A DNA stretch of 64,000 bases from Bacteroidota bacterium (GTDB taxonomy: Bacteria > Bacteroidota > Bacteroidia > UBA8524), in contig WBUH01000002.1 of assembly GCA_008933805.1 (NCBI GenBank), forward strand, positions 314,696 through 378,695. Direction: 5' to 3'. Shown in pieces: positions 30,740-40,423 of this stretch. The stretch's first letter is position 1, and the number at the start of each line of letters is the position of its first letter. The notes beneath the pieces were generated by a model, which had not been told where the DNA came from, did not search any database, and saw only the letters and a program-made list of their open reading frames with translations. Position numbers and translations under genes: made by a program.

Positions 30740-31576
30740 ATGAATTATTTTGTAATACAGTGCTACGGCAAAGAGCGCATATTGCGCGAAGCGAAGTTTT
30801 GCGTACTCTCGCTGCTTAGGTACCTACAAGGGCAGGAGGGGTATAAAATAGTTTTGTACACGGATAACCCTGCTTTTTTTGAGGATATAAAAGAGTTTGT
30901 GGTGTGTGAACCACTGCCGCCCGAAACGGTGCAGCAATGGAAAGGTGAACACAATTTTGTGCATCGGGTGAAAATACAGATGCTGCTTGATTTTGCTTCA
31001 AAATACAGCGGCAAGTTTATTTACTTGGATAGCGATACGTGGTTTAAGCAATCGCCTGCGGAACTGTTTACCCAAATTGACGATAGCAATGCGCTGATGC
31101 ACTTGCCCGAAGCCCAACTGAAAAGCAACGCCAACCCGATAATTAAAAAGATACACCGTTTTGTAAAGGCCAATACATTTACCCTAACAAACGGTGAAAA
31201 GGTGAATATACCGGCCGAGTATTTTATGTGGAATGCGGGCGTGATTGGATTGCATACCAATGCCCGACCTGTTATGGAAAAGGTGCTGCAACTTACCGAT
31301 GCCATGCTGGCCGCCTACCAAAAACACGTGATGGAGCAACTGGCGTTTTCGTACTTTTTACAAAAGGAGTTTACTACCCGCCGTTGTGATGATGTGATAG
31401 AACATTACTGGCCGTATTGCGCCGTTGCTGAGCAACCCATGATAGAGTTGTTTACCGGCATAGAGGGGCAAACTATGGCTGACAAAATAGCGGCTGTTGC
31501 AGGGTTTGATTGGAGTTTTACGGCAGAAAAACCAGTGAAGAAAAGTTTTTGGCAACGTTTATTTAACAGACAATAA
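30740..31576 (+). CDS. hypothetical protein
   Basis: 278 aa. Starts immediately after the thioesterase stop codon. Confidence 0.4.
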   Translation: MNYFVIQCYGKERILREAKFCVLSLLRYLQGQEGYKIVLYTDNPAFFEDIKEFVVCEPLPPETVQQWKGEHNFVHRVKIQMLLDFASKYSGKFIYLDSDTWFKQSPAELFTQIDDSNALMHLPEAQLKSNANPIIKKIHRFVKANTFTLTNGEKVNIPAEYFMWNAGVIGLHTNARPVMEKVLQLTDAMLAAYQKHVMEQLAFSYFLQKEFTTRRCDDVIEHYWPYCAVAEQPMIELFTGIEGQTMADKIAAVAGFDWSFTAEKPVKKSFWQRLFNRQ

Positions 31577-31653
31577 TTTCTTTACCCGAGCGGAGAGATG
31601 CTCAGGCGATAAGGGTGGCTTATTTCGTTTTAAGCCTTGCGGGAAATAAAGAC

Positions 31654-32151
31654 CTAATTCACCACCTTATTGGCGCAATACGAACTTGCAAACGCATTGG
31701 GTTTGGCTTTAAAAATAAAGCCCATGCTTAAAATGTACCCCATAGCTTCGCTAAGTGCGCTGTTTGATTTGAACTGAGGGCTGGTATTAATATCCGCATG
31801 CACCTCAAGCTCTACGTTGTATTTATCCAACAGGTTGCACAATTGGTAGGCCGCATCAATTGATTTTGCCACCTCGTTCAGCATACGTTCTTTTACGGTA
31901 ATGCCTGCTTTTTGCTTATCGGTTTTGATAAACATAAAGCCGCCGCGCTTTTCACGTACAAAAACAATTACGGTGGCGTATTCAATCGTTTCCCCATACA
32001 CTTGTGAGTCGGTACCAATGCACACCTTTAATCGGTTGCCCATGGCCCGCTCGTTTAAAATTGTTGTCTCCACTTCGGTCAAGATGTCCTCGCCGAGCTT
32101 CGTGCCGTCAAGTTTTCTCCACATATACTCAAAGATAGCAGAAAACGGCAC
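31654..32151 (-). CDS. hypothetical protein (possible RNase H-like DUF458/YkuK-type)
   Basis: 165 aa with weak family resemblance only. Confidence 0.35.
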   Translation of the reverse strand: MPFSAIFEYMWRKLDGTKLGEDILTEVETTILNERAMGNRLKVCIGTDSQVYGETIEYATVIVFVREKRGGFMFIKTDKQKAGITVKERMLNEVAKSIDAAYQLCNLLDKYNVELEVHADINTSPQFKSNSALSEAMGYILSMGFIFKAKPNAFASSYCANKVVN

Positions 32152-32264
32152 TTTTCAAATATCAAATTATTGTAAACCAAAAAGATGGGTGCATAACTGT
32201 GTGGATATCCGCAAGGCTCCGATTTACAGTTTTTAGGGGTATAAATGGTTGTTTGGGCTATTAT

Positions 32265-32690
32265 TCGGCAGGTTGAAGCCAGTGTTTTTGAGGTAACCCT
32301 AAATTAACTACGTTACATAGGGTTATATGATTAACGTTTTTTAGCCACGAAGACAGTAAGCCACAAAGTATTATAAATTAGTGACTTCGCGCCTTTGCAG
32401 CAAATAAAAAGCCTGTTTGGAGGGAATCACCTTCAATCCCACTAAATAAAAATCTGAAACAGGTCAATAGCGTTTCGGCAGGTTGAAACCAGTGTTTTTG
32501 GGGTAACCCTAAATTAACTACGTTACATAGGTTTATATGATTAACGTTTTTTAGCCACGAAGACAGTAAGACACAAAGTATCATAATTAGCGACTTCGCG
32601 CCTTTGCGGCAAATAGAAAGCCTGTGAGCAATCCCGTTAAATAAAAAATCCGAAAACCAACAATGCAGTTTTCGGATTTAGAAATAAGAT
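32265..32690. repeat. two-copy tandem repeat (~210-bp unit) with terminal hairpins
   Basis: Copy cores at 32265-32416 and 32475-32626 are about 93% identical. Each unit ends in an aaatcYgaaac-type hairpin. The last hairpin (32646-32690) plus a T-run serves as the ettA terminator on the minus strand. Confidence 0.8.
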
Positions 32691-32700
32691 TTTATAGTAT

Positions 32701-34371
32701 TTAAACCCCTAGTTTCTTAAACCTAACCCTTGTAGGTTGGGCATCACCAAGGCGTTTTTTACGGTTCTCTTCGTAATCGCTAAAGTTACCTTCAAACCAA
32801 TACACTTGTGAGTTACCTTCAAAAGCTAAAATGTGCGTGGCCACCCGGTCAAGGAACCAACGGTCGTGGCTAATAATCACCGCACAGCCTGCAAAGTTTT
32901 CAAGGGCTTCTTCCAGCGCGCGCAAGGTATTTACGTCAATATCGTTGGTAGGTTCATCCAGTAGCAGTACGTTACCGCCGTCTTTCAGCGTAAGAGCCAA
33001 ATGCACACGGTTACGTTCACCGCCCGATAGTACCCCTACCTTTTTGCTTTGGTCGTTACCGCTAAAGTTAAACTTAGAAATATAGGCACGTGAGTTGATT
33101 TGCTTATCGCCCAGCATCATGGTATCGGTGCCGCCTGCAATTACATCAAACACGGTTTTATCCGCTTCCAACCCGTCGTGGCTTTGGTCAACGTAGGCAG
33201 TTTTAACCGTCTCACCCACTTTAAACGAGCCTTTATCGGGTTGCTCTAAGCCCAAAATCAATTTAAACAACGTGGTTTTACCCGCACCGTTAGGGCCAAT
33301 AACCCCCACAATGCCCGCTTTTGGCAGGTTAAAGTTCAAATCTTCAAACAGCAACTTATCGCCAAAGGCTTTGCTCACCCCTTGGGCTTCAATCACCACA
33401 TCCCCCAAACGAGGACCCGGCGGAATAAACAACTCAAGTTTGGTTTCTTTTTCTTTGCTCTCTTCGCTCAATAGCTTGTCGTATGCAGCCAAACGGGCTT
33501 TACCCTTAGCCTGACGTGCTTTGGGAGCCATGCGCACCCATTCCAACTCACGCTCAAGGGTTTTCTGACGTTTGCTCTCGGTTTTCTCTTCTTGCGCCAT
33601 CCGTTGTGATTTTTGCTCCAACCAGCTGCTGTAGTTACCCTTCCAAGGAATACCCTCGCCGCGGTCAAGTTCCAAAATCCAACCCGCCACATTATCCAAG
33701 AAATAACGATCGTGGGTTACTGCAATTACAGTCCCTTTATAGCTTTGCAAGAAATGCTCCAGCCACAGCACGCTTTCAGCATCCAAGTGGTTGGTAGGCT
33801 CATCCAGCAACAAAATATCCGGTTCGCTCAATAACAAACGGCACAATGCCACACGACGACGCTCACCGCCTGATAATGGTTTTATCAATGTATCACCTTC
33901 GGGGCAGCGCAATGCATCCATTGCAATCTCAAGTCGGTTATCCAATTCCCAAGCATTGTAGGCATCAATCTTTTCCATCAGCTCGCCTTGTTTCTCAATC
34001 AACTTCATCATTTCATCCTCGTCAATCGGCTCCGATAGTCTCAAGTTCACCGCTTCGTATTCGGCCAGCACATCTACAATGTGTTGCACGCCTTCTTGCA
34101 CAATCTCTTTAACGGTTTTGGTTTCGTCAAGTTTAGGCTCTTGTTCCAAATACCCTACCTTATAACCCGGGCTGAAAACTACCTCGCCGTTGTAGTTTTT
34201 ATCGATGCCTGCAATAATTTTCAGCAGGCTTGATTTACCCGCACCGTTCAAACCCAGTACGCCTATTTTGGCACCGTAGAAAAACGACAGGTATATATTT
34301 TTAAGTACTTGCTTTTGCGGGGGGTAAATTTTGCTTACGCCCGCCATTGAAAAGATAATTTTTTCTGACAT
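32701..34371 (-). CDS. ettA: energy-dependent translational throttle ABC-F protein EttA
   Basis: 556 aa with two ABC cassettes, an EttA-type N-terminus (MSEKIIFSM...VSK) and an arm insertion. Confidence 0.85.
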   Translation of the reverse strand: MSEKIIFSMAGVSKIYPPQKQVLKNIYLSFFYGAKIGVLGLNGAGKSSLLKIIAGIDKNYNGEVVFSPGYKVGYLEQEPKLDETKTVKEIVQEGVQHIVDVLAEYEAVNLRLSEPIDEDEMMKLIEKQGELMEKIDAYNAWELDNRLEIAMDALRCPEGDTLIKPLSGGERRRVALCRLLLSEPDILLLDEPTNHLDAESVLWLEHFLQSYKGTVIAVTHDRYFLDNVAGWILELDRGEGIPWKGNYSSWLEQKSQRMAQEEKTESKRQKTLERELEWVRMAPKARQAKGKARLAAYDKLLSEESKEKETKLELFIPPGPRLGDVVIEAQGVSKAFGDKLLFEDLNFNLPKAGIVGVIGPNGAGKTTLFKLILGLEQPDKGSFKVGETVKTAYVDQSHDGLEADKTVFDVIAGGTDTMMLGDKQINSRAYISKFNFSGNDQSKKVGVLSGGERNRVHLALTLKDGGNVLLLDEPTNDIDVNTLRALEEALENFAGCAVIISHDRWFLDRVATHILAFEGNSQVYWFEGNFSDYEENRKKRLGDAQPTRVRFKKLGV

Positions 34372-34507
34372 GGAATTAGGTAGCTATATGGATGCAAAGT
34401 AAAGGGGATTTTGCGTAAGTGGGATGATTTTCTTACACAGAGTATGGCTTTATGCTTAACCCCATTTTACAGTAATACGCGCGGGTTGTGTTATTTTTGT
34501 TACATCC

Positions 34508-35092
34508 ATGCCCAACAAACTGGTTGAATATTTTAGGCAGATACATCCGTTGAGCGATGTTGAGGCACAGGCTATTGAAGATAGTATGGTGCTGAAATCG
34601 TTTGCGAAGGGCACTGTGCTGCTTAGTGAGGGACAAATTAGTACTGAGTGCTACTTTGTTTGGGAGGGCTGTGTGCGCCAATATTATTTGGTAGGAGGGG
34701 AGGAAAAGACCAATAACTTTTTTACAGAGGGGCAATGGGTAATTTCGTTGAATAGTTTTATGCAGCAACTACCTGCCGACCATTTTTTTGTATGCGCCGA
34801 GGATACAACATTGGTGGTGGGCAATGCCGAACGAGAGAACGATTTGTATGCCCAGTTTCCAAAGTTTGAAACCATATCCCGTAAGGTGATGGAAAGGGTA
34901 GTGGCAGAACACCAGCAACGGATGGCTTCATACATTACTGATACGCCTGAACAACGGTATTTAAAACTGTTGGAAGGCAGGCCCGATATTGCACAACGCA
35001 TTCCCCAATACCAAATTGCCACGTATGTAGGTGTGAAACCTGAATCGTTGAGCAGAATACGCAAACGGTTACTGGTTAGTGATAAATTTTAA
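34508..35092 (+). CDS. Crp/Fnr-family transcriptional regulator
   Basis: cNMP-binding beta-barrel plus a C-terminal HTH (SLSRIRKRL). Confidence 0.7.
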   Translation: MPNKLVEYFRQIHPLSDVEAQAIEDSMVLKSFAKGTVLLSEGQISTECYFVWEGCVRQYYLVGGEEKTNNFFTEGQWVISLNSFMQQLPADHFFVCAEDTTLVVGNAERENDLYAQFPKFETISRKVMERVVAEHQQRMASYITDTPEQRYLKLLEGRPDIAQRIPQYQIATYVGVKPESLSRIRKRLLVSDKF

Positions 35093-35104
35093 AAGTGAGT
35101 AAAG

Positions 35105-35701
35105 ATGGCCGATGGCGAGCTAATTAGTTTTTTAAACAGTTTTGACACTCTTACCGATGAAGAGCGCGAGGCAATTGCACAAAACCTTGTGGTAAAATCA
35201 TACAAAAAAGGGGAAGTGTTATTGCGTGAAGGAGAACTTTGTGATGAGTGCTTTTTTTTACTGAAAGGCTGTTTGCGTCAATATTACTTAACAGACAACG
35301 ATGAAAAAACTACGGCATTTTATACTGAGGGGCAGGCCGCAGTTTCAGTGGCCAGCTATGCTACTCAAACACCTTCAAAACATTTTGTTGCTTGTGTTGA
35401 AGACACCACTGTGATAGTGGGCAATTTGGGACAGGAAGAGAAAATGTATGCGAAATTCCCGAAACTGCTCACAATTACTCGAAGTATGATTGAGGAGGAC
35501 TATGGTAAAACGCAGGAAGATTTTGCGGCATTTATCACCTCATCTCCTGAAAAAAGATACCTGGATTTATTGAGCAATCGTCCCGAGCTTTTGCAACGTG
35601 TTCCGCAACACCAAATTGCCAGTTATTTGGGCATTACCCCCGAATCGTTGAGCAGGATTAGAAAACGGGTAGCTCAAAAGACTAAACCTGCCGTTGGGTA
35701 A
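35105..35701 (+). CDS. Crp/Fnr-family transcriptional regulator (tandem paralog)
   Basis: Same architecture, with a near-identical C-terminal HTH (PESLSRIRKR). Confidence 0.7.
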   Translation: MADGELISFLNSFDTLTDEEREAIAQNLVVKSYKKGEVLLREGELCDECFFLLKGCLRQYYLTDNDEKTTAFYTEGQAAVSVASYATQTPSKHFVACVEDTTVIVGNLGQEEKMYAKFPKLLTITRSMIEEDYGKTQEDFAAFITSSPEKRYLDLLSNRPELLQRVPQHQIASYLGITPESLSRIRKRVAQKTKPAVG

Positions 35702-36398
35702 ACGTTTTACTTTTTACTATCAACCATATAGCTATGGCAAGTTCTCCCAATGCCATAGGTAAGCTTAAAACAGTTTCCATACTTGCTATCTCGTTGCTGT
35801 ATTGCGGTGTTATTATTTTGGTAAGGGAAATACCCGTATAACACACTGCTGCAATTGTTGTGAGGGCAGCAAGAAATGCAGGAATTTGAACGGTCTTAAA
35901 CTGTAAGTAGGCAAAGCAGCCAAGGTGGATGCCAAACAATAATAACCCTGCCGTCCAAATGCTGTTAAAGGTTTCTATTGAAAGTAAGACAAGTTGGTTG
36001 TGAAGGGATAACGAGGTTCCGTTACCAGTAAGCAATAATGCTACAGCCAGCGCTCCTATTGCAACGGCTAAAATGCAAGAATAGGACAGACGGAGCAACG
36101 CATTAAGGGTGGCTATGTTTTTGCTCACCGGTTTAAAAAAATGATACATAGCCCACGCTGATAGCACATCCAGCAGAAAAATAACTATCCATCCTATAAA
36201 ACCTGTTCTGAACAGTATAGGCGATTGTTGAATATTAATAACGGTTTGTGCGGCATTGCCTCGTGCCCAAAGCGTATTTAATGAGAAACTGTAAGAATAG
36301 CCGGCCACGATGGCCATGATAATTAATACTGTACCTATAAATGAAGCGGTTTTCTGTTGGCAGTATTCTGTTGATGTTAGCGCTGACATTGTTTTCAT
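35682..36398 (-). CDS. multi-pass membrane protein (DUF4386-like)
   Basis: Five to six TM helices. Paralog of the next gene. Confidence 0.45.
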   Translation of the reverse strand: MKTMSALTSTEYCQQKTASFIGTVLIIMAIVAGYSYSFSLNTLWARGNAAQTVINIQQSPILFRTGFIGWIVIFLLDVLSAWAMYHFFKPVSKNIATLNALLRLSYSCILAVAIGALAVALLLTGNGTSLSLHNQLVLLSIETFNSIWTAGLLLFGIHLGCFAYLQFKTVQIPAFLAALTTIAAVCYTGISLTKIITPQYSNEIASMETVLSLPMALGELAIAIWLIVKSKTFTQRQV

Positions 36399-36470
36399 TG
36401 TTTATGCCTGCAAAGTTGCTGTTACTGTTTTTGCCGCGCATTGACTTTTGGTAAGAAATGCGGTTTAGGT

Positions 36471-37130
36471 TTAAATGGTATGGTTAGCTGTTGTAAATCC
36501 TTTTACCATTAAGCGAATGGCAAATACCAATTCAAATAAACCGCCGGGTATGGAAAGGTACAGGCCAAAGGGGAGTCCAGCCATTTCTAACAATGAACCT
36601 GTTGCAAGCAATACATAACCGCCAATAGCCCAAATGGACATGTAACGGGGGATGATTTGTTGCTGTTGCAAGAACTTAAAGAACGGTAAGCTGCCTAAAC
36701 TCAAGACTAACATTGCGGATTGATACGCCCAAAAGAGAGTGTTTTTGGTGCTGCTTACATTGTGTTGAGTTGAATATGTAAAGTATAATACTGTAGCGGC
36801 TATGATAATGAACCCCAATGCTTCTAACAAGCGGGTGAGGCGGTATGCTTTGGTTACGGCAGGGTTTAAGTGCGAGAGAGTAGTATGGGTTACTATTCCT
36901 ATTAATGCCACGCACAGTGCATTTACAAGCACCAAAGCAGCTCCGATGATAAGAGAGTTGCTGTTTATTGCAGTGCTGTTTAATGCTGTGCTGATAAACC
37001 CATCGGCGGTGCTGTATGCAAAAAACGGAATGATGAATAAGATGCCTATGTATAGTGCGTTTCTTTTGGGGGTGTTCATGTGAATTTGATTAACGGGTAC
37101 AAAGCTATTGCCCGCGTTTTCCAAACTCAT
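36471..37130 (-). CDS. multi-pass membrane protein (paralog)
   Basis: Similar TM topology to 35682-36398. Confidence 0.45.
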   Translation of the reverse strand: MSLENAGNSFVPVNQIHMNTPKRNALYIGILFIIPFFAYSTADGFISTALNSTAINSNSLIIGAALVLVNALCVALIGIVTHTTLSHLNPAVTKAYRLTRLLEALGFIIIAATVLYFTYSTQHNVSSTKNTLFWAYQSAMLVLSLGSLPFFKFLQQQQIIPRYMSIWAIGGYVLLATGSLLEMAGLPFGLYLSIPGGLFELVFAIRLMVKGFTTANHTI

Positions 37131-37159
37131 TGATTTGGGTTAAGAAGTGTGATGGGTTG

Positions 37160-37262
37160 TTAAATGGGGTTGAAACCCCATTCTGTTAAAATTACACTAT
37201 GCAACGGGACTTAAGTCCCGTTGCATAGTGTAATTTCAAAAGTGGTGGATTTTAATCCGCCT
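37160..37262. repeat. composite palindromic element copy 3
   Basis: ggggttgaaacccc hairpin, then a 44-nt palindrome attacactatgcaacgGGACTTAAGTCCcgttgcatagtgtaat at 37191-37234, then a ggtggattttaatccgcc hairpin. Confidence 0.7.
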
Positions 37263-37464
37263 AATATTATTTCTATTATTAAAATTATTCTTAATGCCAA
37301 TCGTGACGGCAAAACCTACATTGTTTTGCAAGCGGGGTTCGAGTCAGCTTACCGCATTCAGGGCAAAAATTAAGTAAAGGATGATTAGGGTACTCGTTTA
37401 AAATTCGGATCGCAGTTTTTTGTTCAAACACTTTGATGCCGTCTTTTAAGAGATTAATGGTACT

Positions 37465-37659
37465 TTAAGGATATTCGGGTTTTAATCTACCGGCTCTGAG
37501 GTAAAAATTAACCCAAAACTGTTCATTACCAGCTCTCGAAGCCCTTTCGCTAATATCCCTTTCGGTATAGAACTTTGTGTGTGCGTCTTTTTCATCCAAA
37601 GTAAGTAGTTCATTACAATGGGTAAATACATACCAAATAGTTTCGTTATCTAGTTCCAT
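37465..37659 (-). CDS. small hypothetical protein
   Basis: 64-aa ORF adjacent to ogt. Weak support. Confidence 0.25.
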   Translation of the reverse strand: MELDNETIWYVFTHCNELLTLDEKDAHTKFYTERDISERASRAGNEQFWVNFYLRAGRLKPEYP

Positions 37660-37663
37660 TGAA

Positions 37664-38146
37664 TTAAAACAAACTCTTTGCTATTGCGCCTTCGTGCTCT
37701 AAGAGCAGGCGTTTTTTATCCAAGCCGCCTGCGTAGCCTACCAAATCACCATTAGCCCCAATCACACGGTGGCAGGGTATAAGTATTCCAATCGGGTTTT
37801 TACCGTTGGCACTTGCGGCAGCGCGTATTACCTTTTCATCGCCCAAGCGTTTGGCCATTTCGTTATAGCTGATTACTTTACCGTGAGGTATTTTCATTAA
37901 CTCCTCCCATACCTTTTTCTGGAAATCAGTTCCCGCAGGTTGTAAAGGTACGGTGAAGGTGGTAAGTCGGTTGGCAAAGTATTCTTCCAACTCTGTAATA
38001 CATTGGTGCATTACGGGTGTAGCGGGCGTTTCAGGCAGCGCTTTTTCATCCCCTTTGCAAAAATCAATGCGGGTAATGTGGGTTTCGGTGCCTGTAACAG
38101 CAATTAACCCGATGGGCGAAGAATAGTATGCGGTATATGTTGTCAA
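37664..38146 (-). CDS. ogt: methylated-DNA--protein-cysteine methyltransferase
   Basis: 160 aa with the IPCHRV active-site motif. Confidence 0.85.
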   Translation of the reverse strand: MTTYTAYYSSPIGLIAVTGTETHITRIDFCKGDEKALPETPATPVMHQCITELEEYFANRLTTFTVPLQPAGTDFQKKVWEELMKIPHGKVISYNEMAKRLGDEKVIRAAASANGKNPIGILIPCHRVIGANGDLVGYAGGLDKKRLLLEHEGAIAKSLF

Positions 38147-38176
38147 GTAGCCGTAAATATCGGAATATTTAGCGGC

Positions 38177-38893
38177 TTAAGCGTTATCGTTTTTTGTAGC
38201 AGTGAGAGGTATTTTGCCTAATTGACGAATGGTGAAGTAACCAACGATCAAAAACGCTGCAAAAGCAACGGTCATTGCCCAAACACGAGGATAATCCATT
38301 GGGTGCAGGGTGTATGAAAGTATATTTTTTGCTAATCCTGTAGGGTTGGTTACAATGTCCCAACTGTTCCAACGCTCGTAGCGGCCAAGGTAAATACCAA
38401 AACCGGTAAGCAACATACTTATCACCACAAATATCCATCCCGTTAGCTTGTTAAACGTATTGCTGATAACGCTTTGCATATCGGCCAGCGATACAAAACC
38501 CAACATCAGGCCCGTCCAAGCGGCACTTAATAACATCAACAAATCAAACCAGTAGGGGATGCCGCTGCGTTGTTTAAGGTGAAATAAATCGGTAAGTATG
38601 TAAGGAGCATTGGGAAAAAACAAAAGCCAAAGGGATGCCGAGGCTGTGATTATCAGCAGGTTTTTACGGCGAGAAGTACGGTAAGCCAGTAACGTACTGA
38701 TAACGTAGGGGATGAAGGCCAAAAGCAAATTCCATACAAGAAAACGGAAGTGCCCGGTTCCTGTAATGGTTACTCGTGTAAATATCAGTCCGAAACTGAT
38801 AGCAAGTGATGCCGCCAACCAAAAGGCTACTTTGGCGCGATGAGTGTTTACTAAAAAGTTGATAAAGTGCTGCATGGTATAATTGCAACGCAA
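38177..38893 (-). CDS. membrane protein (DUF1361-like)
   Basis: Polytopic membrane protein of 238 aa. Confidence 0.4.
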   Translation of the reverse strand: MRCNYTMQHFINFLVNTHRAKVAFWLAASLAISFGLIFTRVTITGTGHFRFLVWNLLLAFIPYVISTLLAYRTSRRKNLLIITASASLWLLFFPNAPYILTDLFHLKQRSGIPYWFDLLMLLSAAWTGLMLGFVSLADMQSVISNTFNKLTGWIFVVISMLLTGFGIYLGRYERWNSWDIVTNPTGLAKNILSYTLHPMDYPRVWAMTVAFAAFLIVGYFTIRQLGKIPLTATKNDNA

Positions 38894-38916
38894 AACCCAT
38901 GCCCGATAGTATGTGG

Positions 38917-39435
38917 TTATTTTACCATGGCATACACCAGCGCATCTAATACTACGCCGTTTTTGTAGATGGCTTTGCGCTGTGTACCTTCAAAACGGTA
39001 GCCAGCGTTTTCTAACACGGTAGCAGATGCGCGATTGTTTTGAAACACAATGCCGTATATGCGCACCAAATCAGTGTTTTCAAATGCATAATCGGTAATT
39101 GCTTTTACGGCTTCAGTGGCTATGCCTTTGCCCCAATGTTCTTCGCCCAGCCAATAGCCTATTTCGGCACTCAGGCGGTGTACGTCGTCTTTTAGCAGCA
39201 ACGATATTACACCGGCAGCTTCTCCGTTTATCTCAATAGCATTTACCATGTCTTTATTTTCTGGCGACAATACCGACGAGATAAAAAAATCAGCATGTTC
39301 TTTTTGATAAGGACTTGGGAAACGGTCACGCATATTATCAGCAATTTGCGTGTTGTTACCGTATTTGGCTATACTTGCGGCATCATCAGGATGCAGCGGA
39401 CGCAGTTTGCATTTGGTAAGGGGCAAATTTATCAT
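38917..39435 (-). CDS. GNAT-family N-acetyltransferase (RimL/RimJ-like)
   Basis: 172 aa with GNAT core motifs. Confidence 0.7.
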   Translation of the reverse strand: MINLPLTKCKLRPLHPDDAASIAKYGNNTQIADNMRDRFPSPYQKEHADFFISSVLSPENKDMVNAIEINGEAAGVISLLLKDDVHRLSAEIGYWLGEEHWGKGIATEAVKAITDYAFENTDLVRIYGIVFQNNRASATVLENAGYRFEGTQRKAIYKNGVVLDALVYAMVK

Positions 39436-39854
39436 TGTTCGCTTAGGGCTATTATTTTATCAAATTCAGCAGGGGTTACAGCACTTACAGACAACCTGCC
39501 CAAACGTGCTAGCTGCATATTTTCCAGCTCAGGAGTTGTTTTAATAGTGGCAAGGTCAACCGGCTTTTTAAGTTTTTTGTGCGGGGCTAAGTTCACGGCC
39601 ACCCAGTTCACATCATCGGTGGTTGGGTCTTGGTAGGCTTCTTTCACCACTTTGGCAATCCCTACAATATGCAAACCCTCGTTACTGTGGTAAAACAACA
39701 CCAAATCACCTTTTTTCATGCTACGCAGATTGTTACGGGCCGCATAATTGCGCACACCGTCCCAAAAGGTTTCACCGTCTTTTTCAAATTGCTCCCAGCT
39801 ATACTTAAACGGCTCTGATTTTACCAGCCAGTAATTCATCTCTTTTTTTGCCAT
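39432..39854 (-). CDS. EVE (PUA-like) domain protein
   Basis: 140 aa with the YWLVKSEP signature at the N-terminus. Confidence 0.75.
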   Translation of the reverse strand: MAKKEMNYWLVKSEPFKYSWEQFEKDGETFWDGVRNYAARNNLRSMKKGDLVLFYHSNEGLHIVGIAKVVKEAYQDPTTDDVNWVAVNLAPHKKLKKPVDLATIKTTPELENMQLARLGRLSVSAVTPAEFDKIIALSEQ

Positions 39855-39884
39855 GTTGCGAAGTTAGAAATTTGTAGCAGAGTT

Positions 39885-40403
39885 TTAATGATGCCACCTT
39901 GCCCGTTTTCCCCGATAATCAAAATGTATCATTTGCTTGCTTGCAAAACCTTTCATCTTTTTGTATGTACCAACTCCACCGCTATCGCCTACTATTTTCT
40001 TATCAAGTATATCAAACACTAAATCAACATCAGCAATGTTGCTTTTCCCATCGTTGTTTACATCTAAAACAATTATATCTATTGCGTTGCCGTGTAAGTG
40101 CTGGCTATAAGGTTTGGCACCGCTTTTTAGTTTTACCAGAATTGAGTTAAACCATTTTGGCCGTTTGCAACTCACAATATAAAAGTCGGCTTTATACCCT
40201 CTTTCATTTAAAGAGTCTTTTAATTGGTTATAAAACGCTACCGTTTTAGGGTTTACTTTAGAAACATCAGTTAAATAAAAGAATACCGCCGTAGAAGAAA
40301 TCAGTAAGATGGCTATCGTCCAAAGCAAACCTTTTACTAACTTTTTAATTTTCACAGCGTTTAAATTGAGAACGAATTTATCGGATATGCTATTACAAAA
40401 CAT
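39885..40403 (-). CDS. peptidase M15-like (hedgehog/DD-peptidase fold) protein
   Basis: H-x6-D...H zinc-binding pattern (HLHGNAIDI). N-terminal membrane anchor. Confidence 0.4.
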   Translation of the reverse strand: MFCNSISDKFVLNLNAVKIKKLVKGLLWTIAILLISSTAVFFYLTDVSKVNPKTVAFYNQLKDSLNERGYKADFYIVSCKRPKWFNSILVKLKSGAKPYSQHLHGNAIDIIVLDVNNDGKSNIADVDLVFDILDKKIVGDSGGVGTYKKMKGFASKQMIHFDYRGKRARWHH

Positions 40404-40423
40404 ATCACTAAATTGTTTTTATA

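Noticed and set aside
32378-32584. 68-aa minus-strand ORF spanning the tandem repeat
   Set aside because: It lies entirely within duplicated non-coding repeat units. Its reading frame is not conserved between copies and it has no RBS context.
32265-32690. Possible CRISPR array
   Set aside because: Only two copies of a ~210-bp unit and the spacers are themselves similar. The geometry is wrong for CRISPR and no cas genes are present.
37320-37345. tRNA-like T-arm fragment (ggggttcgagtc)
   Set aside because: There is no acceptor stem, anticodon arm or downstream TCC to complete a GGTTCGANTCC box. It is not a tRNA.
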